Shown here: in pieces, positions 9,386 through 19,688 of the stretch
How the letters are laid out: every line of letters starts with the position of its first letter
Position numbering within the stretch: position 1 is the first letter of the stretch
Source: Alphaproteobacteria bacterium
Lineage (GTDB): Bacteria; Pseudomonadota; Alphaproteobacteria; UBA828
Assembly (NCBI GenBank): GCA_965214705.1
Contig: OZ243972.1
Span: 1 to 64,000, forward strand
DNA: 64,000 bases
Reading direction: 5' to 3'
The notes under the pieces: model-generated
Databases searched by the model: none
What the model saw: the letters and a program-made list of their open reading frames with translations, nothing else
Told to the model about the DNA's origin: nothing
Translations under genes and position numbers: made by a program

Positions 9386-9802
9386 GAGCAGAAGCAGCGT
9401 CCGGAACGTCACCGCGTCCAGCTGGACTGCGCGGCGCCGGCTCGCTTCCACGGTCGCGGGGTCGAACAGGCGCGCAAGTTCGTCGCGCGAGTAGATGTAG
9501 GGCGGCGCTCGGACGGGCGATCTCGGTGCGTCGGCCGGCATCGGTGAGCGGGACGCATGGCCGCGGCTGATCGCATGGCGCCAGAAGCCGGCAAGCGCAT
9601 AGTATCTGTTCTCGCAGTGGCGCCTCGACACGCCTTCGCCCGCGAGATACGCCCGTACCTGCCCGGCGTTGATCGCGTCGCAGGCGGCTTCGCCATCGGC
9701 ATGGTGAAGGAAGCCGCGCAACAAGCTCGCGCCGCTCGTGAACTTCGCGCCGTGAGCCTGTCGCCAGAGCACGTAGCGTTCGATCGCTTCTCGCAGGTTC
9801 AT
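9386..9802 (-). pseudogene. RIT second recombinase (RitB-like), truncated by element B
   Basis: MNLREAIERYVLWRQAHG, PPYIYSRDELARL, TFRTLLLL then element B end; ATGA-coupled to the upstream recombinase. Confidence 0.8.
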
Positions 9803-11046
9803 ACCAGGCCCTCCATGTCGAGAGCCGCTACTTCGCGAAGCGCAGCGAGGTCGACCTTGGCGTAGATGGTGGTGGAGGTCGGATCTCGGTGCCCGAGGAA
9901 GTCGCCGATCACCTTCATCGACGTGCCCCGATCCAGCAGATGCTGGGCTGCGGCATGCCGCAGGGCGTGAGCCCCGCGTCGCCCGGTGACGACGCCGATG
10001 CCAGCCAGCCGATCGCGGACGATCTTGCCCAAGGCCTTCCGGTCGAGCGGTCGGATCGGCGCGCGTGTTGTCAAGAAGAGACTGCGCCCGAAGCCGGACG
10101 GCCGCGCCTCCCTGATGTAGCACAGGATGGCGTGGCCCACGCCCTGCGACAGCGGCCACAGATGAGTGCGTCCCGGTTTCGGACAGCGGACCCGGAGCAT
10201 CGCGTTCTCCCAGTCCAGGTCATCGAGCTGCAGCCCGCCGACCTCTGCCGTCCGAAGCCCGTATGCGATGAACAGCATCAGGATCGCCCGATCGCGCTTG
10301 TCGATGGCCCGGTCGCCCGTAACCGACGCCAGCAAGCGCACGACATCCTCGCGCGGCAGCCCCTTGGGCACGGCCTCGTCGGCCATGAAGCGGGGCGCCA
10401 CGATGCCCGCGGCAAGGCCCTCTCGGCACCAGCCGCGCATCTCGGCGAACAGGAAGAACGCTCTCAGCCGCTGCGCATAATCATGCCGCGTCCGGCGGCT
10501 CCAGGCACCCCGCTCATGCTCCGCCGCCATGGCATCGTCGATGTCGGTCATGCCGACCGCGCTCAACTGCACGCCCTTGGCAGCCAGGTGCAGGAAGAAG
10601 TGGTCGGCCGCTTTGCAATAGCTCTGCACGGTCGCATCGGAGAGCCCGTGTTCCTCGCGCGACCATCGTGCGAAGGCCTGGACCTCGGCGTGATGCGGAT
10701 GGCGGTCGTCATCGACCTCGTCGAGCCAGCCCAGGAAAGCGAGCCAGCGAACACCGTGGCTGACGAAGCGGTCGCGCGTCTTCGGTGTTGCGGCTCGGTC
10801 GCACCGACGACCTCCGGGCCGCGCCCATATCGTCGCGGCTGCCTCGATCCGCGACCGGTCCACCGGTTCGCCATCTTCGAGGTTGAGAAGACGCACCAGA
10901 CTCAGCTGATCGTTGGCGCACTTGCGCAAGGTCGACCGTCTCGCGCCGGTCGCCTTGAGATGAGCGAGGTATCGCTCCCGCTGCTCCACCAGCGGCGCCT
11001 CTCGATACTTGTCGGCGGTGTAGGGGAAGAAGATGTCATCGAACAT
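9799..11046 (-). CDS. RIT first tyrosine recombinase (RitA-like)
   Basis: 415 aa; RDRAILML..YGLRTAEV, HALRHAAA, LGH..TSTTIYAKVD; RBS AAGGAGG. Confidence 0.88.
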   Translation of the reverse strand: MFDDIFFPYTADKYREAPLVEQRERYLAHLKATGARRSTLRKCANDQLSLVRLLNLEDGEPVDRSRIEAAATIWARPGGRRCDRAATPKTRDRFVSHGVRWLAFLGWLDEVDDDRHPHHAEVQAFARWSREEHGLSDATVQSYCKAADHFFLHLAAKGVQLSAVGMTDIDDAMAAEHERGAWSRRTRHDYAQRLRAFFLFAEMRGWCREGLAAGIVAPRFMADEAVPKGLPREDVVRLLASVTGDRAIDKRDRAILMLFIAYGLRTAEVGGLQLDDLDWENAMLRVRCPKPGRTHLWPLSQGVGHAILCYIREARPSGFGRSLFLTTRAPIRPLDRKALGKIVRDRLAGIGVVTGRRGAHALRHAAAQHLLDRGTSMKVIGDFLGHRDPTSTTIYAKVDLAALREVAALDMEGLV

Positions 11047-11102
11047 GTTGGCCTCCTTGTGGTTGGAGGCGCGAGTTTCCCGACGATGCAGGGTGATGGA
11101 AG

Positions 11103-12131
11103 CTATGTTGATCCCACGAGGGGCCTATCGGTCAGCGCGAGTTGGGTATGCAGGCGGCCACTCAGCACCTCGACGCCGAGCCGGCGCAGGTCGCCGTTGA
11201 AGTCGTCCAGCGCGGGCACGAGCGTCAGCGCCTCGACGCCAGCGCCCCGCGCGCGATCGGCCAGGGTTCCCGCCGCACGCCGTCCTGCGGGATCGTTGTC
11301 TCGCGCGATGTAGAGCCGTCGCAGACCGGCAGCCAGTTCGAGGGCGGCGAGGTGGTTCGCCGAGAGCGCCGCCGCCATGGGCATGGCGGGCAGCGCGCAT
11401 CGCAGCGACAGCATCGTCTCGATGCCTTCGCCGGCGGCGAGGACGTTGCCGGCCGCACCGAACCGGACGGCATGGCCGAGAAGGTCGCCCATCGCGCGTC
11501 GCGGCGTATCGATCGGCGCCTTGCCCAACCCGTCCGGGGCGATCCAGGTGCGATGCACGCCGGTGATCGCGCCCGAGAGGTCGGTGACGGCGGCGATCAT
11601 CGCCGGCCAGGTCTCGGTCGGCGCATGCCCATCCGGGCGATACCAGCAGCGCGGATGGAAGCGGAGCGCTTCGCAGCTCGTCAGATGTACGATCCCGCGG
11701 TTGCGCAGGTACGCCTCGGCCAGCGTGCCGGCGATCGGTCTGGCGATCGCCCAGAGCCTGCGCGCAGCTTCGGCCGAGCCCCTCGGGGCGGGCGCTCTTG
11801 ACGCGACCGGCGGTTCGGCCCGGGGCAGCGACAGGAAGCGCCGCGCCTCCTCGGCGACCTCGCGGAACTCCGTGAGCCCGCAGCTCTCGCGGATCACGTC
11901 GAGCAGGTCGCCGTGCTCGGCCGAGGCCGCATCGCTCCAGCGCCCGGCGGCCCCAGGGCCGGCCTCCGGCCCGCTCAGCCGCACGTACATCGACCGGCCG
12001 GGCGTGTTGCGCACGTCGCCCACCATCCAGTAGCGGCCCTGACGCCGACCCTTCGACAGATAGTGGCGGCAGACCGCCTCGGCGTCGCGCGCGAGGCGCC
12101 GTGCCAGCTCGGAAGCGTCGCGCGGCATCAC
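11103..12131 (-). CDS. Toprim-domain primase-like protein of plasmid/IME backbones (DUF7146-like)
   Basis: AEAVCRHYL..GRRQGRYW, GEGIETMLS, ARDND.AG, DDFNGDL. Confidence 0.85.
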   Translation of the reverse strand: MMPRDASELARRLARDAEAVCRHYLSKGRRQGRYWMVGDVRNTPGRSMYVRLSGPEAGPGAAGRWSDAASAEHGDLLDVIRESCGLTEFREVAEEARRFLSLPRAEPPVASRAPAPRGSAEAARRLWAIARPIAGTLAEAYLRNRGIVHLTSCEALRFHPRCWYRPDGHAPTETWPAMIAAVTDLSGAITGVHRTWIAPDGLGKAPIDTPRRAMGDLLGHAVRFGAAGNVLAAGEGIETMLSLRCALPAMPMAAALSANHLAALELAAGLRRLYIARDNDPAGRRAAGTLADRARGAGVEALTLVPALDDFNGDLRRLGVEVLSGRLHTQLALTDRPLVGST

Positions 12132-12155
12132 GCGACCCTCCCCGCGGGACTGAGG

Positions 12156-12236
12156 TTATGTTGCCGAGAAACCGCAAAGCGCGTGCAGCTGCGCCGCCCA
12201 GCGCCGGGCCGCAACATAACCACCGGCGCAACATAA
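12156..12236. repeat. TTATGTTG/CAACATAA boxes, probable RIT end
   Basis: TTATGTTG 12156-12163; CAACATAA 12212-12219 and 12229-12236; related CTATGTTG at 11103-11110 upstream of the RitA-like gene. Confidence 0.6.
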
Positions 12237-12237
12237 T

Positions 12238-12415
12238 CGGTCCACTTGCCTGGAATGCCGGGAGGCGTGAGGCGGACGAAGAGCGAGCGCCCGCGGGCGC
12301 CATGAATGTCGCCGGCGGTCCAGTACCTCCCCTGCCTGCGCCCATGGGGCAGGTAGGCGCGGCAGACTTCTTCGGCGCGCTCGCCGAGGGCCTTCGCGAT
12401 CCGTGTGGCGTTCAT
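12238..12415 (-). pseudogene. Truncated second toprim-primase paralog
   Basis: MNATRIAKALGERAEEVCRAYLPHGRRQGRYWTAGD...GKWTD aligns by eye with the N-terminus of 11103-12131, then breaks at the boxes. Confidence 0.8.
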
Positions 12416-12628
12416 GCGGCTCCCCCGCTCCGTCCAGAGAGTGCCCGCGTTCCGGCCGGACTCGGGCTCTCGCCGGCGTGTGGGCGACGGGGAGGCGCGC
12501 AGCGCACCCGCGCCGCTGCCCGGCGGGAGGGGACTCTGTTCGTGCTGCATGAGAAAGGGGGCACGCGCTCGCGCCGGTAATCGGCGCGGGCGCGGCCCCC
12601 AGAGTACCGGAGGACGGCGGTGATACTG

Positions 12629-12928
12629 TCAGGCGGCCGCGTGCTGCTGCGCCAGCCAGGCGGGGTGCACCATCGGCATCGCGGGCGCGAGGTCGCGGTC
12701 GACGAGCAGCTCGGCCACTGTCGTGCGCACGGCGCGCGCATCCTCGACCGGCACGGGTCCTGCGGCATCGTCGTAGAGATGGACGTAGTAGACCCCGCGA
12801 TCCGGGGTGGTGTAGGCGGGGCGCTTCATGACGGTGCCGACGGTCTCGCCGTCTGCGGAGACGAGCCACTCGTCATCGCCGCATGCGCGGAAGGCGATGT
12901 CGTCGGCGGTGAGGCTGTAGCCGGACAT
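12629..12928 (-). CDS. Hypothetical protein downstream of ssb (paralog of 31164-31469)
   Basis: RBS GGAGG; shared GETVGTV..RP, YYVHLYDD..GP, LLVDRDL motifs. Confidence 0.8.
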   Translation of the reverse strand: MSGYSLTADDIAFRACGDDEWLVSADGETVGTVMKRPAYTTPDRGVYYVHLYDDAAGPVPVEDARAVRTTVAELLVDRDLAPAMPMVHPAWLAQQHAAA

Positions 12929-13071
12929 GGCAGAACCTCCTGGACGAACGGCGCGCGGCGGCGCCCGGAGGGCGCCTGCCGCGTGCCATGGTTGAAAGGG
13001 GACGGGGCCGTGCCCCGCGCAGGGAGATGACGCGGAACACGGCCCCAGGCGAACGGGGGGAGGTCGCCCGT

Positions 13072-13527
13072 TCAGAAGGGTAGATTGTGATCGTCCGTCG
13101 GCTCTTCAACGCCGCTGCCGCTTGCGGCAGAGGGCGCCTCACCGTTGGCCGGCGCGGTGCCGTTGGTGCCGGCAGGCTTGTCCAAGAACTGCACGCGTCC
13201 ACCGGGGACGAGCAGGATCTCGGTGGAGAACCGGTCCGAGTCCTCGCCATCCTTGCGCCACTTCCTGGTCTGCATCTTGCCCGCGACGTAGACGAGCCGG
13301 CCCTTCTTCGCGTGCTTCGCCAGCATGTCGATCAGCCCGTCCTGGAAGGTGACGACGCGATGCCACTCTGTCTTGTCGATCCGCTCGCCGCCGGCACGCC
13401 TGTCGATGTACGACTCATCGGTCGCGATGCTCATGTTGGCGACGCGCCCGCCGGAGGCGAGGCTGTTGATGGTGACGTCCGCACCCAGGCGGCCAATGAC
13501 TTCTGCGCAGTTCAGTCCGAAACTCAT
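13072..13527 (-). CDS. ssb: Single-stranded DNA-binding protein
   Basis: IGRLGAD, TEWHRVV, KGRLVYVAGKMQTRKW, acidic tail ending LPF. Confidence 0.95.
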   Translation of the reverse strand: MSFGLNCAEVIGRLGADVTINSLASGGRVANMSIATDESYIDRRAGGERIDKTEWHRVVTFQDGLIDMLAKHAKKGRLVYVAGKMQTRKWRKDGEDSDRFSTEILLVPGGRVQFLDKPAGTNGTAPANGEAPSAASGSGVEEPTDDHNLPF

Positions 13528-13778
13528 GGTCGTACTCCTTCACGTGCGAGTTCTGACGAAGGTTGGCGAACGGATCGGACCGCTCTCTCGCGACCTCCTC
13601 CGTTCACCCTCCTTCAAGCTCTCCCTTCCCTCTCGCCTGCAGCCTGGTCCGGCGGTGGCCGGCTCCCCGAGGGCCCCGCGGACCGCACGGCCTGTGGCCG
13701 CCGTGGCGCCGCCGCCGATCCTGGATCGGGAAGTTGCCGAACGACCTGGCCCACGGCCTGTCTGCGGCAAGGCCGCGC

Positions 13779-14072
13779 TCATGGCGGCAGGAGCGCCATC
13801 AGCGGTACGTTGGAGAGGAACTCGACCTGGTCGGGCCGCAGCTTGGCGAAGGCGAGGCAGGCGGCGGCCTCGGCTTCGGTCTCGAAGGTCCCCAGCTCCC
13901 GCGAGGTCTGCAACTCGATCACGGTGATCTGCGGCGGCCACATCGACACGAGATGACGCTCGGGCGCGCGAGAGTTGGACCGATATGCGCAGCGCTCACA
14001 GCGGGCCGCACCACCGGTGCGGACTCCACAATCCACACACGCGCCCTGCGCGCGCCTCGCGGCATAGCGTCT
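13779..14072 (-). pseudogene. 3' fragment of CxxC-repeat Arg-rich protein
   Basis: RRYAARRAQGACVDCG..ARCERC; joins in frame with 16739-17254 (GGG AAG|AGA CGC). Confidence 0.8.
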
Positions 14073-14303
14073 TTGAACGAAGCCGCTACGCGGAGTTAGC
14101 GGCGTAGAGTTCATTCATTTCCGAGGCGTCGCGGGTGCCGTTTGTTCTGTGCGTTCGCTTCCCGGTTGCGTCAGTGGCGCTCCGCCCGTCGGGTGGCGGA
14201 TCCCCAGCAGCCTCCCGATCACCAGTGGTTAGCATCGACCCCTGCGACGGACCGTCGCCGGATCGGTCCGGCGGCGCGCCGTCGCGATCCAGGGAGATCG
14301 ATA

Positions 14304-15182
14304 ATGACCGGGACCGCGTGCGACACGAACACCGTCACCCCTCTTCGCCAGCGCATGGAGGAGCAGCTCCGCATCGCCAATCTGGCCGCGAGCACGTCCA
14401 AGGCCTACATCTGCGAGATCAAGAACCTGGCCAGGTACTACGACGCCTCGCCGGACGAGCTCGACGCCGAGCAGGTGCGCCAGTGGTACCTGGGGCGGAT
14501 CGACAAGGGGCTCAGTCCGGGCACGACCAACGTCTCCTTCGCCGCGCTGAACTTCCTCTACATCGACACACTCGGCTGGCCTGACCATGTCGCCGGCCTG
14601 CGCTCCCGCAAGAAGCCCGGCAAGCTGCCGCGCTACATGTCGGAGCAGGAGGTCGAGCACCTCATCCTTGCGACACCCGACCTCCGCCACCGTGCTGCCA
14701 TTGTCACCGGCTATGGCGGCGGGCTCCGCATCTCCGAGACCTTGGCCATCAAGGTCGGCGACATCCTGTCGGAGAAGAAGCTGCTGCACATCCCCTCCGG
14801 CAAAGGCGGCACCGAGAGAATGGCACCGTTGCCGGACATCGTCATCCACTACTTGCGCGTCTACTACAGGAACATCTGGCCGCGTCCGACGAACTGGCTC
14901 TTCTACGGCGTCTCGCTCGACAGGCCCATCGCAACGGAGACCTTGCAGGCCGCCTTCAGGAGGGCGCGCGACATTGCCGAGCTCGACCGCAGCTACACCT
15001 TCCATTGCCTGCGCCATTCGGCGGCGACCCATCTCCTCGAGCGCGGCGGCGATATCGAGGTGATCCGGGACATGCTCGGCCATCGAAGCGCGAACACGAC
15101 CCGTCACTACGCCCGCGTCACCGGCAAGATGTTCGAGGGCCTCGACCACCCGATCTCAGGCTTCGCAGCGTTGCGCAACTGA
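14304..15182 (+). CDS. Tyrosine recombinase of element A copy 2
   Basis: Same protein as 5061-5939 except one S/N change. Confidence 0.95.
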   Translation: MTGTACDTNTVTPLRQRMEEQLRIANLAASTSKAYICEIKNLARYYDASPDELDAEQVRQWYLGRIDKGLSPGTTNVSFAALNFLYIDTLGWPDHVAGLRSRKKPGKLPRYMSEQEVEHLILATPDLRHRAAIVTGYGGGLRISETLAIKVGDILSEKKLLHIPSGKGGTERMAPLPDIVIHYLRVYYRNIWPRPTNWLFYGVSLDRPIATETLQAAFRRARDIAELDRSYTFHCLRHSAATHLLERGGDIEVIRDMLGHRSANTTRHYARVTGKMFEGLDHPISGFAALRN

Positions 15183-15188
15183 CGGCGC

Positions 15189-16430
15189 GTGGAGGCCGAA
15201 CGCGCGGGCGTGGCGGAGATCTTCCGCCGCGCCGGCGCCGCTTTCCGTGAGCGCCACAAAGGGCGCATCGACGCCGCCCGGCTCAAGGTCATGGGCGCCA
15301 TCGAGGCGTGCCGCACCGCCGTGCTCGGCGGCCACATGTACGCCTGCGAGGGCTGCGGGCGCGAGCATCCGCTCTTCAACTCCTGCCGCAACCGCCACTG
15401 CCCCACCTGCCAGGGTCTCGCCGCCAACCTCTGGAGCGAGGAGCGCGCCGGGGACATCCTGCCGGTGCCCTACTTCCATGTGGTCTTCACCCTGCCCAAG
15501 GAGGTTGCCGCCATTGCCTTCTGCAACCGCAGGGTGGTGTTCGACATCCTCTTCCGGGCCGTCGCCGAGACCCTGCGCACCATCGCCGCCGATCCCCGCC
15601 ACGGCGGCATGCGCATCGGCGGCACCGCGGTCCTCCATACCTGGGATCAGAAGCTCCGCTTCCACCCGCACCTGCACGTGGTCGTGCCCAACGCGGGCTT
15701 CGACGTAGACAGTGGCGAGTGGAAGACGGGGAGCACCACCTTCCTCGCCCCCGTCAAGGTCCTCGGCAGCCTGTTCCGCCGCCTCTTCCTCAAGGAGCTC
15801 GCCCGCGCCCACGGCCGGGGGGACCTGGAGTTCCACGGCACCCTCGCCCACCTCGCCAATCCCGGCGAGTTCCACGCCACGCTTGCCGCCGCCCGGGCCA
15901 GGGACTGGGTGGTCTACGCCAAGCGGCCCTTCCGCGGGCCTGAGCAGGTCTTCCGGTACCTCTCGCACTACACGCACAGGATCGCCATCTCCGACAGCCG
16001 CATCGTCTCCTTCGACGGCGAGACGGTCTCCTTCCGCCACCGAAAGCCCAAGGCGCCGGGGCAGAGAAAGCCGCGCTACGGCATCGCCACCGTGAGCGCC
16101 GACGAGTTCATCCGCCGCTTCCTGAGGCACGTCCTGCCGGACGGCATGCACCGCATTCGCTACTTCGGCATCCTCGCCAACGGCTGCCGCGCCAGCACGC
16201 TGGAGAGAGCACGCCAGGCTCTCGGCGCCCTCGGCTGCGCCGCCCCCGAGGGAAGCGTGGACGGCGCTCAGGCCGAGCCCGACGAAGAGCCCGAGATCGG
16301 CACCGCGCCCGTGGCCTGCCCCCACTGCGGCGGCGTCATGCGCCTCGTCCGCGAAATCCGCCGCCGCCATGAGCCCCGCTCGACGCGCGGCCCGCCGGCG
16401 CTGCCGCCGACCCACAGGGGGAAACCGTGA
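15189..16430 (+). CDS. IS91-family HUH transposase of element A copy 2
   Basis: Same motifs as 5946-7187. Confidence 0.95.
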   Translation: MEAERAGVAEIFRRAGAAFRERHKGRIDAARLKVMGAIEACRTAVLGGHMYACEGCGREHPLFNSCRNRHCPTCQGLAANLWSEERAGDILPVPYFHVVFTLPKEVAAIAFCNRRVVFDILFRAVAETLRTIAADPRHGGMRIGGTAVLHTWDQKLRFHPHLHVVVPNAGFDVDSGEWKTGSTTFLAPVKVLGSLFRRLFLKELARAHGRGDLEFHGTLAHLANPGEFHATLAAARARDWVVYAKRPFRGPEQVFRYLSHYTHRIAISDSRIVSFDGETVSFRHRKPKAPGQRKPRYGIATVSADEFIRRFLRHVLPDGMHRIRYFGILANGCRASTLERARQALGALGCAAPEGSVDGAQAEPDEEPEIGTAPVACPHCGGVMRLVREIRRRHEPRSTRGPPALPPTHRGKP

Positions 16431-16738
16431 GACGCCCGCTCGCTTCGGCCCCGCGCAACGGCGCCAAAGCGCCGACGCACGACCGAACCTGTCTCCGCTT
16501 GAGCCGGGCTGACAGCCCTCGGCTCACACCCCGCTCAGTCCTCGCAGCGTGCGCCCGCATGCCTGCCGAAAGACCGGCGCGAGCGTCGATTTTATGCGCA
16601 ACTCTGCTGCCGGTGGATGCCGCCTGACGCTGACATCAGCGCACTTTCCACATAGCTCAACTTCGCCTCTCGTGGCCCGCGGCTTCGTTCAAAAGGGTTG
16701 GGCAGGCTCTCGAGAGAGAGCCTGCCCAACCCTTAACC

Positions 16739-17254
16739 CTTCCCGGCGGCGCTCTTTTGCTCGGGACAGACGCGCTCCTTCTCCAGCGCGAGGCATCGGC
16801 CGCAGCGCGACAGGCCTCCGACCGTGGGCTGCGTGCAGCGTACGCAGCGGCCGGCAGCCTGGCGAGCGGCATAGCGTCGGCGGTCGAGGGCACGTCTGGC
16901 CTCGTGGCACGGCTCGCAGACGGAACGGTTGTCTTCCGGTCGGCGGCGGCCGCAGGATGTACACAGCCCTGCCTCCTTCCACGCCCTCCGCCGCCGCCTG
17001 TCGCCGGCGCGGTCGGCTCTGCGGCAGCGCTCCGGATCGCGACCGCCATATTGCTTGACCTCGGCGCGGGCCTTCGCACGGCGGGCGCGGTCGGCGGCGC
17101 GGCGCTTTTCGGCACAGTCGGTACATACCTTGCGACCGGGCGCGGGAGGAAGCCGGCCGCACCGGGTACACAAACGCTGCTCGAGGCGAGCGGCGTGGCG
17201 CTGGCGGAGGCGGCGATCCCGCGCCTGCTTCTTCAGCGGGTCCTTGAGCGGCAT
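16739..17254 (-). pseudogene. 5' fragment of CxxC-repeat Arg-rich protein
   Basis: CTRC..CTDC, CTSC..CEPC, CVRC..CGRC units separated by Arg/Ala-rich helices. Confidence 0.8.
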
Positions 17255-17278
17255 GACCGGCCACCCCAGTCAGCGCGC

Positions 17279-17593
17279 TTAGCGCGTGGCCAGGAAACCG
17301 GCCGCCGCAGAACCCCAGTACTGGATGCCCGAGGCCTTCAGGTTCAGTGCCGTGCACACGATGATCTCGTCGCGCTCGGGCCGCAGCTTCTTGACCGCAG
17401 CCACGCCTGCGACGATGCGCCTCCGCCTGCGACGGCCCGTCGCTCTCGGCTGCTCGGGCTCGACGGGATGGATCTGGCCGTCGGAGTCCGAGCGGTATTT
17501 CTCGATCACGTAGCGGTCTCCTTCCAGGCCCCGCCCGAATACGTGCACCAGGTAGGTCTGCGCGTCGCGATGGCACATCCGGCCGGTCCGCAT
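17279..17593 (-). CDS. Hypothetical protein
   Basis: RBS GAGGGGG before ATG 17593; protein-like composition; co-oriented with the CxxC gene. Confidence 0.55.
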   Translation of the reverse strand: MRTGRMCHRDAQTYLVHVFGRGLEGDRYVIEKYRSDSDGQIHPVEPEQPRATGRRRRRRIVAGVAAVKKLRPERDEIIVCTALNLKASGIQYWGSAAAGFLATR

Positions 17594-18626
17594 CGTCCGT
17601 TCCCCCTCGTTCATGGTCCGCCGCGGGGGAAACGCTCTTCGCAACGCCGCCCCCGCCGCCCCGGTCCCGGCCGACCTCCCGCTCATGGCGGCGCGCGGCG
17701 CGGGCGCGACGAGGGTCGGCTATTGGTGGCTGTCTGGACCCGCGTGTCGGTGATCGTCAGGGAAACACGCTTAGTCGATCATTCTGCCCGGCAGGGCGGT
17801 GAGTCGCCCGCCGCCGGTTGGGCGATTGGAGACATTCCTCGGCTGTGGGCGAACGGCTCGGCGCAGCGACCGCCTCCGACTCTTGGGGGCGGCCGAACGA
17901 TGGACGGCGAGCCGGTCGTGGCGCTGGCGCTGGCGACGCTGTCGGGTATGGAAGGTTTCTTCTGCGCGGCGGCCGTGTGCCGACCGCCGGAGGCATCCAC
18001 AGGGCCGCTGGAGCGCCTCTGGTGCCGCTTCGCCGACTTCGGCATCGACGCGACGTGCCCCCGATGGAGCAGCGCGCCGTCCTGGGCTCGCTGGCAACGT
18101 CGCGGGTCCTGAGGAAGTAGATCAACGCGAAGCTGCGCGGCGCGTGAATTCCGGGGGGGACGGCGAGGATGCCGATGCCGCGCCGGCCCCGCCCATGGAG
18201 CCGGCCACGCCCGACTGGCAAAGGCGGGGAGGACCGCCCCTCCCGGCCCCCGGAACGCCCGAACCAATGAGTCCATGTCGGCTCACGAGGACAGGAACGA
18301 GCGCCCCGGTAGGGTCGGCGCCCCGCTCGCGCGCAGCGACTGCAAGCGGCGGGGCGCCTCAAGCGACCGGCAGGTCACAACAGGGATGCCCTTTGCCCGT
18401 CGCCCGCTCGGTGCCGGGCAGGGTAGCGCCCCGGCAGCCGTCCGGGCAAGCAAAGGTCGGGTATGGCGTGAGTATCGCCCCGTGCTGCTGCGCGCACGCG
18501 GAGCTTACCACCAGGATCATGCGTGCGGCGCCGGCGGCGCTGGTCCCTGGCCTCGCCCCGAGCCCTCGGCTACGATCCCGCCCGACGGTTGCATCATGAG
18601 CGCGGCCGCCCGGAGAGGATGCGGCC

Positions 18627-19688
18627 ATGCGCTACGACCAAGTCTACAAGTCGATATTCTCCCACAGCATCGCGGTGGAGCATCTGCTCCGCTTCGTCGC
18701 CGGCATGATCGACGACGGCCCAGCGTGGCTCGACGCCTTCGACCCGGAGAGCCTGGAGCAGGTGCCCACCGAGCGCATCGACGAGACCCTCCACCGTCAC
18801 CTGAGCGACCTGGTCTGGCGCGTGCGCCTGCGGGACGGCGGCGAGGAGGACTGGGCCTACCTCTTCGTGCTGATCGAGTTCCAGTCTGCGGTCGACCATC
18901 TGATGGCGCTGCGGGTGCGCACATACGTGGACCTGCTGTATCGGGGCCTGTGGCGGGAGCGGCGCTTCGGTGCCTCGGACCGTCTGCCGCCGGTGCTGCC
19001 CGTGGTGCTCTACAACGGGGCGTCTCCGTGGACGGCGGCGGCGAGCGTGGAGGACCTTGTCGCGCGAGAGGGCCGCCCTGCCGGGCCGGCGGGTCCGGCG
19101 GTGCTATTCGCGGGCTCGCGCTATCTGGCGCTTGACGTGGGCCGTGTCGAGGTTGGAGAGTCGGAGCCGGAGGATGTGGTTTCGCTTGTGATCGGCATCG
19201 AGCGGATGTCGTCGCACGACGAGGGTTACGCGACGCTGGCGTCGGCGTTTTCCGTTCTTCGCGGTGCCGGTCACCGGGAGTTGCGCCGCGTGTTCCATAC
19301 GTGGTTCAGTTTGCTGGTCGGGTCTGGCGCCGGCGGCGCTGCAATCGAGGGGTTCGAGGAGATGGAGCGACTGGAAGAGGCGGGCCAGTTGCGGACGGCG
19401 GTTCAGGACCGTGTCCGCGCATGGCGTGAGGCGGACCGCGAGCAGGGCCGCGAACAGGGCCTCGCGGAAGGCGTCGAGCAGGGCCGCGCCGAAGGCGTCG
19501 AGCAGGAGCGGGCGCTGCTGCGTCGCCTGACCGAACGGAAGTTCGGCGCCGACGCGGCCGTGCGCCTCGCGGCCCTGCTGGCCGAGATCGAGGATCCGGA
19601 GCGTCTGGCGGACGTCGGCGAGTGGATCATCGACTGCGCTTCGGGCGACGAGCTGATCGCGCGGCTGGAGAATTCGTCCTCGGCCTGA
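18627..19688 (+). CDS. Rpn/YhgA-like PD-(D/E)XK nuclease (putative transposase)
   Basis: YDQVYKSIFS, SDLVWRV, LIEFQS, PPVLPVVLYNG..PW, EQG repeats, RKFG tail. Confidence 0.9.
   Translation: MRYDQVYKSIFSHSIAVEHLLRFVAGMIDDGPAWLDAFDPESLEQVPTERIDETLHRHLSDLVWRVRLRDGGEEDWAYLFVLIEFQSAVDHLMALRVRTYVDLLYRGLWRERRFGASDRLPPVLPVVLYNGASPWTAAASVEDLVAREGRPAGPAGPAVLFAGSRYLALDVGRVEVGESEPEDVVSLVIGIERMSSHDEGYATLASAFSVLRGAGHRELRRVFHTWFSLLVGSGAGGAAIEGFEEMERLEEAGQLRTAVQDRVRAWREADREQGREQGLAEGVEQGRAEGVEQERALLRRLTERKFGADAAVRLAALLAEIEDPERLADVGEWIIDCASGDELIARLENSSSA

Larger units (their letters stand above)
14073..16738 (+). mobile_element. Element A copy 2 (2666 bp)
   Basis: Near-identical to copy 1 (a handful of SNPs seen); this copy fixes the exact ends because neither flank allows slippage. 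Confidence 0.95.

Noticed and set aside
16757-18599. Several long overlapping ORFs
   Set aside because: Arg/Pro/Ala-rich GC open frames with no motifs or RBS; a decayed gene cannot be excluded.
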